A stretch of 32,000 bases of DNA from Mycolicibacterium smegmatis (GTDB lineage: Bacteria > Actinomycetota > Actinomycetes > Mycobacteriales > Mycobacteriaceae). A model generated the notes under the pieces. The model saw only the letters and a program-made list of their open reading frames with translations. It was not told where the DNA came from and did not search any database. The DNA lies in contig NZ_LN831039.1 in the NCBI RefSeq assembly GCF_001457595.1, positions 6,810,001-6,842,000 on the forward strand, given 5' to 3'. Both the position numbers and the translations under genes were made by a program. Below, piece by piece: positions 1 to 8,755 of this stretch (the first letter of the stretch is position 1; the number at the start of each line of letters is the position of its first letter).

Positions 1-1956
1 GCGGTGGTAGATGACGTGGACGGCCTGTTCGAAGGTGAGCAGTCCGGCGATGTGGTGCGCGGCGACCTCGCCGGCGCTGTGGCCGATCACCGCGTCCGGC
101 GTGATCCCGAAGTGCGCGAGTTGTTCGGCCAGGGCCACCTGGATCGCGAAGTTCGCGGGCTGCGCGAACTCGGTTTCTCCCATGCGCGACGAGGTTTCGT
201 CACGGGTGAGCTCTTCGAGCAGCGACCAGTCGGCGTACCGGGACAGCTCCCGGTCGGTTCGGTGGATGCTGTCGGTGAACACCGGGAACACGTCGAGCAG
301 TCCGCGGCACATCTGCCACCATTGCGGCCCCATCCCGGTGCACACGAACGCCAACCGGGCCTCCCCTGCCCGTCCGGCGGAGATCTGCCCGCCGTCGGCG
401 ACGGCCTGCAGTTGTCGGCGCGCCTCGTCGATGCTGTCGACGACGAAGGTATGGCGGTGGTTCAGGTGGGCCCGGCGGTGGCTGAGGGTGTAACCGAGAT
501 CGGCCAGCGTGACCTCCGGGTGGGCCGCGAGGTGCCCGGCCAACCGACCTGCCGTGGCGACCAGGGCCTCTTCACTGCGCGCCGAGATCGGCAGTACGGT
601 CAGCACTCTGTGGTCGCCGGTCTCCGCGGAGTGGCGGACGGCCGGCGGTTCGGCAAGTACCACATGGGCGTTGGTGCCGCCGAACCCGAACGAGTTGATC
701 CCCGCGATGCGCCGGCCGCACTCGGGGAACGGCCGCCCGATCGCGGGGATGTCGAGCTTGAGCTCGGTGAGGGACACGTGCCGGGTGGGGTTTTTCAGGT
801 GCAGGTTGGCCGGGATGTGGCCGTGTTTGACGATCAGGGCGGCCTTGATGAGTCCCGCGACGCCCGCTCCGGCCTCGAGATGACCGATGTTGGTCTTGAC
901 CGAGCCGATCACCAGCGGACGCGTCGCATCCCGGTCGGTGGTCAAAGCGCCTGCCAGGGCCCGCATCTCGACGGGGTCGCCGACGGGTGTCCCGGTGCCG
1001 TGCGCCTCGACGTAGGCCACGTCGTTCGGTTCGATGCCCGCGCGCTGCAAAGCCATCCGGATCGCGGCTTCCTGCGCCTCTTCGTTCGGCACGGTGATGC
1101 CGTCGGTGTGCCCGTCCTGCGACACCGCGGTGCCGAGGATCTGCGCGTAGATGTCGTCACCGTCGCGTAGCGCGTGGTCGAGCGGTTTGATGACGACGAC
1201 GGCGCCGCCTTCACCGCGGGCGTAGCCGTCGGCCGTATCGGAGAATGCCTTGCTGCGTCCCTCGGGACTGAGGAACCCGCTCTTGGATTCCGCGATCGCG
1301 GTGTTGGGGCCGACCATGATGTTGACACCGCCTGCGAGCGCCACATCGCAGTCGCCGTCCCAGATGCTCTGGGCCGCGAGGTGCACTGCGACAAGCGAAC
1401 TCGAGCATGCGGTGTCGATCGCCATGCTGGGCCCGCGGAAATCGAAGGCGTGCGAGATCCGGTTCGCCAGCATCGTCATCATCATCCCAGTGGCCGAGTG
1501 CGGCTTGAACCGGTAACGGCTGGTGCGGCCCTGGTTCTGCAGAAGCTGGTAGTCCAGCGTGAAACCGCCGACGAACACGCCCACGTCGGTACCTGCGAGT
1601 TCGTCGGCCGGGATTCCGCCGTCCTCCAGCGCCTCCCACGTTGCCTGCAGCAGCAACCGCTGCTGCGGATCGAGCGAATGAGCTTCTCTGGGCGAGATTC
1701 CGAAGAACTGCGGGTCGAATTGGTCGATCTGGTCGAGGAATCCGCCGCGCCGGGTGACGATCTTGCCGATCTTGGCCGGGTTGGGGTCGTGATACTTGGC
1801 GGCGTTCCACCGGTTCTCCGGTACCTCACGCGTGGCGTCGATGTCGTTGCACAACAGATCCCAGTACCGCTGCGCGGAGTCTGCGCCCCCAGGGAACCGG
1901 CAGCCGATCCCGACTATTGCCAGCGGTTGGCGGCTCGTGTGATCTGTGTTCGGCAT
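1..1956 (-). CDS. Type I polyketide synthase, N-terminal part (ketosynthase plus start of acyltransferase), truncated by the window edge
   Basis: Minus-strand frame open from the ATG at 1956 (preceded by GAGGGAG) to position 1. Read from sequence: LAIVGIGCRFPGG start, DTACSSSL KS active site, VEAHGTGTPVGDP, NIGHLEAGAGVAGL, GINSFGFGGTNAH, then AT motif GHSAGEVAAHHLAGLLTFEQAV. Missing from the ORF track because no stop lies inside the window. Confidence 0.95.
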   Translation of the reverse strand, partial: MPNTDHTSRQPLAIVGIGCRFPGGADSAQRYWDLLCNDIDATREVPENRWNAAKYHDPNPAKIGKIVTRRGGFLDQIDQFDPQFFGISPREAHSLDPQQRLLLQATWEALEDGGIPADELAGTDVGVFVGGFTLDYQLLQNQGRTSRYRFKPHSATGMMMTMLANRISHAFDFRGPSMAIDTACSSSLVAVHLAAQSIWDGDCDVALAGGVNIMVGPNTAIAESKSGFLSPEGRSKAFSDTADGYARGEGGAVVVIKPLDHALRDGDDIYAQILGTAVSQDGHTDGITVPNEEAQEAAIRMALQRAGIEPNDVAYVEAHGTGTPVGDPVEMRALAGALTTDRDATRPLVIGSVKTNIGHLEAGAGVAGLIKAALIVKHGHIPANLHLKNPTRHVSLTELKLDIPAIGRPFPECGRRIAGINSFGFGGTNAHVVLAEPPAVRHSAETGDHRVLTVLPISARSEEALVATAGRLAGHLAAHPEVTLADLGYTLSHRRAHLNHRHTFVVDSIDEARRQLQAVADGGQISAGRAGEARLAFVCTGMGPQWWQMCRGLLDVFPVFTDSIHRTDRELSRYADWSLLEELTRDETSSRMGETEFAQPANFAIQVALAEQLAHFGITPDAVIGHSAGEVAAHHIAGLLTFEQAVHVIYHR

Positions 1957-2042
1957 CGGCACTCCCTCGTCGCGTGACACGGCTTGCGAGTAGTTCGTTG
2001 CCGCGGTGGGTCTGGATGGGTACCCGCTTGAGCAGGAATTTC

Positions 2043-3812
2043 TCACCCGGTGGCCAGGGCAGGCGACGCGGTGATGATCCAATCGCTGCTCAGCGGATTC
2101 GTGGCCTGTTCGCGGCGGTAGGTCGCGCGCAGGTCCCGCAGCAGGCTGTCGCGTTGCCACGCCTGGACCATGCGCACGACGCCGTCGTCGTCGAACCGAC
2201 TGGCCTTGTGCGCGAGCACGGTTTCGGCGAGCTGACCGGCCAGTTGTCTCAGCACCGTCGCGTTGGTGGCGAACTGTCCGGTGAAGTCGACGCTGGGTTC
2301 GGCCATCGCGGTGTGCAGTGACACCATGAAATTCAGCGGCGCATAGAGATCGACGAACGGCACCGTTGTCGCCCGGTCCTCGACAGCGGCCCACTCACGG
2401 AAAAAGGACTGCATGCGGTTGCTCAGCGCGATGAGACCTTCGAGCTGCGGCACGAACTCGGGATCGTCGGCGACGCGGGCGTACCGGTTGTTCATGTAGA
2501 GCAGGCCGATGAACCCCCAGTAGAAGGCGACGTCCCAGATGATCTTGGCCGACATCACCGCCGGGGTGTCCATCAGCGTGTACTGGTCCTGGTACACCCG
2601 CAGCCACATGTCGGTGAGCGACCGGTACAGGGTGTCGCTGATCTGGGCTCGTGCCGAGACGTCCTCGCCGTCCAGATCGCGGGTGATCATGTCGGCGATC
2701 AGGCCGTTGCCGATCGCGACCAGGTCCAGCCCGGACGAGTACAGCGGGTCCAGGAAGATGCCGGCGTCGCCGGTGAGGCACCACCGTTCGCGGCCGTCGT
2801 AGACCTTGGCCGCGCCGTGGCTGTAGTGCTTCATCACCCGGAAATCCCGGATCTGATGTTCGTCATCGGCGAGCACCGCGGCGCACTGCGGTTCGTGTTC
2901 GCGTAGCCAGGCCTTTGCCTTGTCCAGGGTGTTGAACCGGTCGAAGGCGTGGTGGTCGGGATCGGCGACGATCCCGACACTGGTGGCGCCCGACGCGAGC
3001 CTGATCAGCCACACCCAGTAGCCGTCTCCCATGAGGTGATTCGTGGACATCGCGCGCTCACCTTCGACCAGACGGCCCTGCCACGCCGGGTCGTCGCTCC
3101 ACGCGCCGACGTCGATCTCGGTGGCCACGCGGAACCAGGCGGCGTTGCAGTGGTGGCCGGTGGTGCGTTTGAGGTCGAGTTCGCGCCCCAGCAGCCGGTT
3201 GCGTCCCGACGCGTCGACGATCCAGCGTGCCGTGGTGGTGGCCGTCGCGTCGTCACACTGGTAGGTGAGGGTGCGCGTCGTGAGATCGACCGAGCGGACT
3301 CGCCCGCACAGGACCTGCACACCCGCGGCCACACATCGGCGATGGAGTTCGTTCTCCAGGCGTCCGCGGTCGATCTGGTAGGTCACCTGCGGCACGAACG
3401 ACGAGCCGCCCAGCTCCATCCGTTCGGTGATGTCGGTGTTTCCGTTGTGGGAGAAGAACATCCGCAGCCCCATCTTGCGGATCTGCGCGGTGTTCAGATG
3501 GTCGGCCAGGTCGAGCCGGTCCCGTAGGTAGTGCGCGGAGATCTCGACCGTCGACTCGCCGACGGTGTGCGTCATCTCCGGCACCGGCCGCACCTCAGGA
3601 GCGATCATCACCACGCGTGTGCCCGGACGTTCGCGGCGCAGCTGCAGCGCCAGGGTGTGCGCCGCGGCACCGCCGCCCACGATCGCGACGTCGTGATCGG
3701 TGCCGGCGGCGTCGGCGCGCGACAACTGGTTGCGGATCCGTGTGGCGAGGGCCTCCCGCGTCGTGGGGTCCAGGTGTGAGATGTGCGCACGCATGGCGGC
3801 ACGGATACCCAT
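2043..3812 (-). CDS. FAD-dependent oxidoreductase of the tryptophan/flavin-halogenase-like superfamily
   Basis: 589 aa ORF; VAIVGGGAAAH dinucleotide-binding motif, TVGESTVEISAHYLRD, GYWVWLIRL (degenerate WxWxIP), LTGDAGIFLDPLYSSGLDLVAIGN. Alternative start at 3794. Confidence 0.82.
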   Translation of the reverse strand: MGIRAAMRAHISHLDPTTREALATRIRNQLSRADAAGTDHDVAIVGGGAAAHTLALQLRRERPGTRVVMIAPEVRPVPEMTHTVGESTVEISAHYLRDRLDLADHLNTAQIRKMGLRMFFSHNGNTDITERMELGGSSFVPQVTYQIDRGRLENELHRRCVAAGVQVLCGRVRSVDLTTRTLTYQCDDATATTTARWIVDASGRNRLLGRELDLKRTTGHHCNAAWFRVATEIDVGAWSDDPAWQGRLVEGERAMSTNHLMGDGYWVWLIRLASGATSVGIVADPDHHAFDRFNTLDKAKAWLREHEPQCAAVLADDEHQIRDFRVMKHYSHGAAKVYDGRERWCLTGDAGIFLDPLYSSGLDLVAIGNGLIADMITRDLDGEDVSARAQISDTLYRSLTDMWLRVYQDQYTLMDTPAVMSAKIIWDVAFYWGFIGLLYMNNRYARVADDPEFVPQLEGLIALSNRMQSFFREWAAVEDRATTVPFVDLYAPLNFMVSLHTAMAEPSVDFTGQFATNATVLRQLAGQLAETVLAHKASRFDDDGVVRMVQAWQRDSLLRDLRATYRREQATNPLSSDWIITASPALATG

Positions 3813-3824
3813 CCTGAACGGGGG

Positions 3825-5105
3825 CTAAGCGCTGGGCTGCGGGACGCGCTGCGGCGTGGTGTCGCCGGTCCCGGCGGTGCGGTGCCGTCCATAGACGAAC
3901 TCGAAGATCGGCGAGGCCATCAGGGTGGTGACGATCGCGACCAGCACCAGGATGGTGAACAGCGTGGGCGTGATGACGCCGGCCTCGAGCCCGATGTTGA
4001 GCAGGATCAGTTCGATCAGGCCCCGGGCGTTCATCAACGAGCCCAGCGCCAGGGACTCGCGCATCGGCACCCGGCTCAGGCGGGCCGCGACCGCGCACGC
4101 GACGCCCTTGCCGACCACCGCGACCACCAGCAGACCCGCTGTGACGGCCCACAGACCCGGGGTGTTGACCAGCCCGATCTGGGTGTTCAGACCCGAGTAG
4201 ACGAAGAACAGCGGCAGCAGGAATGTGGTGGTCAACGGTTCGAGGCGTCCGGTGAGGCGTTCGGCGAAGAATCCCGACGGCATGGCCGCACCGAGGATGA
4301 ACGCCCCGAAGATCGCGTAGATGCCGATGGTGTCGGTCAGCCAGGCGCAGGCCATGAGCACGATCAGCACGGTGCTGAGCATCGGTGCGGTGATGGCCTG
4401 CCGCGCCTCAGCGGCGTCGCCGAGTTTCGCGAACGCCCGTCGCCCCAGCGTGAGGAGCACCAACGTGTAGACCAGCCCGCCGACGATTGCCACGACCGCC
4501 ATGACGGGGCTGTTGCGATACACCGCGAGGACGATGGCCAGGATGCACCACGATATGGCGTCCGACGTGGCACCGCACGCCAGTGCGAGCGTGCCCAAAG
4601 ATGTTCCGGAGAGCCGCTTTTCGAAGATGATCCGCGCCAGCATGGGGAACGCCGTGATCGCGACCGACGCGCCGAGGAACATCATCGCCATGCCGACGCT
4701 GACGCCGTTTCCGAAGAATCCGCCGTGCGCCAGCAGGGGTATCGCCGCGACGCCACCGAGCGCCAACGGAGCAAACGTTCCGGTGGCCGACACCGCCGCG
4801 GCCGTCCCCGCGCGCTGCTTGACGTGGTTGACGTCGAAGTTCAGCCCGATGATGAACATGTAGAGCACCAGGCCGATCTGCGCCGTCGTGTACAGCACGA
4901 CGTTGGTGATCCCCGGCGGGAACAGGAGGCTCTGCAGGTCAGGGGCGATCCGGCCCAACAGTGACGGGCCGAGGATCACCCCGGCGATCATCTCCCCCAC
5001 CACCTGCGGTTGTCCGATCCGCCGCGCAGCGAGGCCCGCCAACCGGCAGGCCATCAAGATGACGGCCAGTTGAAGGAAGAAGTGGATGGCGGTGTCCGCG
5101 GGCAT
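3825..5105 (-). CDS. Cation:proton antiporter, Kef/CPA2 (Na+/H+ exchanger) family
   Basis: 426 aa polytopic protein; RIGQPQVVGEMIAGVILGPSLLG, MFLGASVAITAFPMLARI, LMNARGLIELILLNIGLEAGVI. Confidence 0.9.
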   Translation of the reverse strand: MPADTAIHFFLQLAVILMACRLAGLAARRIGQPQVVGEMIAGVILGPSLLGRIAPDLQSLLFPPGITNVVLYTTAQIGLVLYMFIIGLNFDVNHVKQRAGTAAAVSATGTFAPLALGGVAAIPLLAHGGFFGNGVSVGMAMMFLGASVAITAFPMLARIIFEKRLSGTSLGTLALACGATSDAISWCILAIVLAVYRNSPVMAVVAIVGGLVYTLVLLTLGRRAFAKLGDAAEARQAITAPMLSTVLIVLMACAWLTDTIGIYAIFGAFILGAAMPSGFFAERLTGRLEPLTTTFLLPLFFVYSGLNTQIGLVNTPGLWAVTAGLLVVAVVGKGVACAVAARLSRVPMRESLALGSLMNARGLIELILLNIGLEAGVITPTLFTILVLVAIVTTLMASPIFEFVYGRHRTAGTGDTTPQRVPQPSA

Positions 5106-5283
5106 GGGTCAGGCCCCGCGGTTCGACGCGCGCACTGTCGTGTGCGCTGTCAGTGCAGGGCCTGTCCGGCCGCCCGTGTCGCGGCCACTTGCCACCATGG
5201 GCTCCCAAGTAGCCTGCCGGGCTCGGATTCAAACGCACTCCTCATCCGTCCCTTGCCACCGGAAGGCAGCGTCGCCGCCAAAT

Positions 5284-5340
5284 CCAACTGGCCAGTTGCA
5301 GTTTCCGCGCGGCGGTGCCAGACTCCAACTCGTCAGTTGT
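5284..5340. promoter_or_regulatory. Two copies of a palindromic operator-like element, CCAACTGGCCAGTTGC and CCAACTCGTCAGTTGT, 41 bp apart
   Basis: Perfect 14-bp palindrome CAACTGGCCAGTTG at 5285-5298; near copy CAACTCGTCAGTTG at 5326-5339. Both sit in the divergent intergenic region 5106-5358. Confidence 0.65.
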
Positions 5341-5358
5341 AATTTTCGGTTGGGGGGA

Positions 5359-5757
5359 ATGACCATAAGCACCGCCACGGTCCTGCGGGATCTCTTCGCC
5401 GCGGCCAAACAGTCGGGTTTCGGCGAGGCGTTTCTCGACCGACTGTCCGACGATGTCGTCTTCACGGCCACGGGTACATCGCCCGTCGCGGGGAAGTATC
5501 ACGGCAAGACCGAGTACCGCGAAAAGGTCCTGAGCCGCCTGCACGATCGCCTCGCGACCCCGATGCGCCCCCAGGTCGACCAGATGATCATCGACGGCGA
5601 GTGGGCCGCCGTGCGCTTCCACACCGAGAACGTGGTGGGCGTCAACGGAACAGACGCCGGCATGCAGTACTGCTGGGTCATCCGCGTGAGCGGCGACCAC
5701 ATCACCGAGGTCATCGGGTACTACGACACCGAGAAGATGGTCGGGCTGTTCGCCTGA
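5359..5757 (+). CDS. SnoaL-like / nuclear transport factor 2-like protein
   Basis: ATG after GGGGGGA; 132 aa with fold-typical sequence (AAKQSGFGEAFLDRLSDDVVFTATGTSPVAGKYHGKTEYREKV...WAAVRFHTENVVGVNG). The upstream extension in the ORF track is intergenic. Confidence 0.8.
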   Translation: MTISTATVLRDLFAAAKQSGFGEAFLDRLSDDVVFTATGTSPVAGKYHGKTEYREKVLSRLHDRLATPMRPQVDQMIIDGEWAAVRFHTENVVGVNGTDAGMQYCWVIRVSGDHITEVIGYYDTEKMVGLFA

Positions 5758-5783
5758 TCCCACGTCGAGAACAGGAGCACCTC

Positions 5784-6326
5784 ATGCCGGAATCCGCAAC
5801 GCTCGAAGACCGGTTGCGCACAATCGAAGACACGCTGGCCATCTATGGGCTGCTCGCGACGCATCCGATCAGCGCCGACACGGGTGAACCCGAGCTCATC
5901 GAGGGGATCTACACCGAGGATTTCGTCTTCGACCGGGGACCCGGGCTTGCAGGGGCACAAGGGGTCTCAGCCATGGTCGACCTGGTCGGCAACGCGGCGC
6001 ACCACGCCGCGATCGCCGGTGGCCTCGCGCATTTCGGCAGCCTGCCGCTCATCGAACTCGACGGCGACACCGCGACCGCGACGTCCTACCTCGCACTGAT
6101 CACCCCCGACCACGACGGTGCCGAGCGTGAATTGCCCAATCACGGGTCGTCCACCGGGTTCCGGATCCATCGCGTGCTCGCCAATCGATGGTCGCTCACC
6201 CGCGCGGACGGCCGGTGGCGGATCAGCAAGCGCACCGTCCTGCCGATGGACGGCTCGGGGCCCGCGCTCGACGACGTGGTGCGCAAGGCGAAACCCTTCT
6301 CCTCGATCCGCAACAACTGTCCGTAA
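5784..6326 (+). CDS. SnoaL-like domain protein (second copy, divergent)
   Basis: ATG at 5784 preceded by AACAGGAGC; 180 aa. LEDRLRTIEDTLAIYGLLATHP...YTEDFVFDRGPG and C-terminal RADGRWRISKRTV. Confidence 0.75.
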   Translation: MPESATLEDRLRTIEDTLAIYGLLATHPISADTGEPELIEGIYTEDFVFDRGPGLAGAQGVSAMVDLVGNAAHHAAIAGGLAHFGSLPLIELDGDTATATSYLALITPDHDGAERELPNHGSSTGFRIHRVLANRWSLTRADGRWRISKRTVLPMDGSGPALDDVVRKAKPFSSIRNNCP

Positions 6327-6399
6327 CCTTCGTTACGATCCGATGCGTCAAGGCCTTTCGAGAAGGCACCTACAGGCGACGACGCAAAGGTGGCGTGCG

Positions 6400-7428
6400 A
6401 TGGACGAATTCCCGCAAGACTACGAACTTTTCGATCTCGGCGACGTGACCCTGCAGCACGGCGCGACGCTGCGCGACGCCAAGCTCGCGTACAAGACCTA
6501 CGGTGAACTCAACGCCGACAAGTCCAACGCGATCGTCTATCCCACCTGGTACTCGGGACGGCACTGGGACAACGAGTGGCTGATCGGTGAGGGCAAGGCG
6601 CTGGACCCGGCCAAGTACTTCATCATCGTGCCGAACATGCTGGGCAACGGCCTGTCCACCTCGCCGTCGAACACGCCGCCGCCGTACAACGCCGCGCGCT
6701 TCCCCAATGTGACGTTCTACGACCAGGTCGAGGTGCAGCACAAGCTCGTCACGTCGTTCGGGATCGAGACCCTCGCCCTGGTCACCGGGTGGTCGATGGG
6801 CGCCGGGCAGACCTACCAGTGGGCCGTGAGCTATCCCGACATGGTGCAGCGCGCGCTGCCGTTCTGCGGGTCGTCGAAGACCAGCGAGCACAACATCGTG
6901 TTCCTCGAAGGCGTGAAGTCCGCGCTCACCGCGGACGCCGCGTTCAACGAGGGCTGGTACACCGAGAAACCGACCAAGGGCATTCGCGCCGCGGCGCGCG
7001 TGTACGCGGGATGGGGTTTTTCCCAGGCGTTCTACTGGCACCAGGAGTACAAGAAGATGGGCTACTCGTCGCTGGAGGATTTCCTGGTCGGTTTCTGGGA
7101 GGGCTTCTTCCTGGACCGCCGCGACCCCAACAACCTGCTGGCGATGCTGTGGACGTGGCAGAACGGCAATGTGGGCAACACCCCGGGGCGCGGGTTCCAC
7201 GGCGATCAGGTCGCGGCGCTGAAGACCATCAAGGCCAAGATGATCGTGGCACCGGCCGAGAAGGACCTGTACTTCCCGCCCGAGGACGAGGAGTTCGCGG
7301 TCAAGCACATCCCTGATGCCGAATTGCGGGTCATCCCAGGCATTTACGGCCACTTCGCGGGCGGTGACGCCAATCCCGAGGACAACAAGTTCATCGACGG
7401 CCTCGTCAGGGAGCTGCTCGCGCGCTGA
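6400..7428 (+). CDS. Alpha/beta-fold hydrolase of the homoserine O-acetyltransferase (MetX)-like family
   Basis: 342 aa; LAYKTYGELNADKSNAIVYPTWYSG, nucleophile elbow TGWSMGAGQTYQWA, conserved C-terminal IPGIYGHFAGG. Confidence 0.85.
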   Translation: MDEFPQDYELFDLGDVTLQHGATLRDAKLAYKTYGELNADKSNAIVYPTWYSGRHWDNEWLIGEGKALDPAKYFIIVPNMLGNGLSTSPSNTPPPYNAARFPNVTFYDQVEVQHKLVTSFGIETLALVTGWSMGAGQTYQWAVSYPDMVQRALPFCGSSKTSEHNIVFLEGVKSALTADAAFNEGWYTEKPTKGIRAAARVYAGWGFSQAFYWHQEYKKMGYSSLEDFLVGFWEGFFLDRRDPNNLLAMLWTWQNGNVGNTPGRGFHGDQVAALKTIKAKMIVAPAEKDLYFPPEDEEFAVKHIPDAELRVIPGIYGHFAGGDANPEDNKFIDGLVRELLAR

Positions 7429-7543
7429 GTCGCGTTAACAAAAAGTCAAAGCCCCCCAGCAAATAAAGTCGATTGTCTTTGCCGGAAACCTCTCCTTAAC
7501 TTGATCTCACCGAACGATCACTCGTCGAGGAAATCTGGAGAGA

Positions 7544-8746
7544 ATGTTCCGACAAAGTATGCGGGGGCTTCGCGTGCTCGACTTCACCCACGTCGTCGCG
7601 GGTCCGCTGTGCACCATGACCCTCGCCGACCTGGGTGCCGACGTGGTCAAGGTCGAGCCGCCGACCGGTGAGATCGGCCGCCGCATCGGCCCGCCATGGC
7701 GCGACGGGCAAAGTGTCATCTGGCAAAGCGTCAATCGGAACAAACGCAGCCTGACCCTCGACCTGAAGACGCCGGCGGGCCGACGCGCGGCGCGACGCAT
7801 GGCCCGCCAGGCCGACGTTGTCGTCGAGAGTTTCCGGCCCGGTGTCATGACCGACCTCGACCTCGGGTACGACACGCTGGCGTCGGCCAACCCCGCACTG
7901 GTCTACTGCTCGATCTCCGCGTTCGGCCAGGCAGGCCCGGCCAGCGACCGCCCCGGTGTGGACGGGATCATGCAGGCCGTCACCGGGCTGATGAGCACTC
8001 TGGGTGAGCCCGAGTCCGGGCCCGCGAAGGTCCAGGTGCCCGCGGCCGACATGGTGACCGGCTACCTCGCGTCGATAGCCGTGCTCGCCGCACTGCACGA
8101 GGTGCGCGACGGCGGACGCGGACAGCATCTCGACGTCAGCCTCTACAACGCGACGATCCTGTTGCAGCAGATCGGGTTCGCCTCCTACCTGGCCTCGGGT
8201 ACCGAACCCCAGCGGCTCGGCAGCGCCGCCCCGTACGCCGCACCCAACGAGGCGCTCCCGACGGCCGACGGCTGGATCATGATCGCCGCGTACGACCCCG
8301 CGCGTTGGAACGCGCTGTGCGACGCGCTCGGTGCACCGGACCTGAGTTCGGATGCCCGCTTCGCCACCAACGACGACCGTGTCCGCAACCGCCCGGCCCT
8401 GCGCACCGAGTTGGGCCGTCTGCTGCGGGCCCGCACCACACAGGTGTGGCTCGACGTCCTCTCGGCACGGGACATCCTGTGCGCCCCGGTCAACGGATAC
8501 GGGCAGGTCGTGGCGTCCCCCGAATACGCCGCGAGCGGTCTGCACCGACCCATCGGTCCGATCGATACACCGGGCCTGGTCCTCGGCCCGTCACAGCCGG
8601 CCGCCCCGCCGGACACCGCACCCCCGGCACCCGGCCAGCATTCCGCGGAAGTGCTTGCCGAATACGGACTTTCGGAGGACGAGGTGGCAGCCCTGATCGA
8701 ACACGGCGTCGTCAACGACGTCGCACCATCCCGAGCCGCGAGCTGA
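7544..8746 (+). CDS. CaiB/BaiF family CoA transferase (family III)
   Basis: 400 aa; VLDFTHVVAGPLCTMTLADLGADVVKVEPPTGE, NRNKRSLTLDLKTPAGR, GVDGIMQAVTGLMS. Confidence 0.95.
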   Translation: MFRQSMRGLRVLDFTHVVAGPLCTMTLADLGADVVKVEPPTGEIGRRIGPPWRDGQSVIWQSVNRNKRSLTLDLKTPAGRRAARRMARQADVVVESFRPGVMTDLDLGYDTLASANPALVYCSISAFGQAGPASDRPGVDGIMQAVTGLMSTLGEPESGPAKVQVPAADMVTGYLASIAVLAALHEVRDGGRGQHLDVSLYNATILLQQIGFASYLASGTEPQRLGSAAPYAAPNEALPTADGWIMIAAYDPARWNALCDALGAPDLSSDARFATNDDRVRNRPALRTELGRLLRARTTQVWLDVLSARDILCAPVNGYGQVVASPEYAASGLHRPIGPIDTPGLVLGPSQPAAPPDTAPPAPGQHSAEVLAEYGLSEDEVAALIEHGVVNDVAPSRAAS

Positions 8747-8755
8747 GGAGTTCCG

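Noticed and set aside
4-1977. Plus-strand ORFs of 388 aa and 267 aa
   Set aside because: Antisense to a clear KS-AT PKS frame; Arg/Val/Asp-rich composition typical of antisense reading in high-GC DNA.
3783-4964. 393 aa plus-strand ORF
   Set aside because: Antisense shadow of the antiporter, low-complexity R/Q/D/H-rich.
7430-7543. AT-richer intergenic segment before the CoA transferase, with TGATC...GATCA arms
   Set aside because: Arms only 5 bp; probably an ordinary promoter region, not enough to claim a regulatory element.
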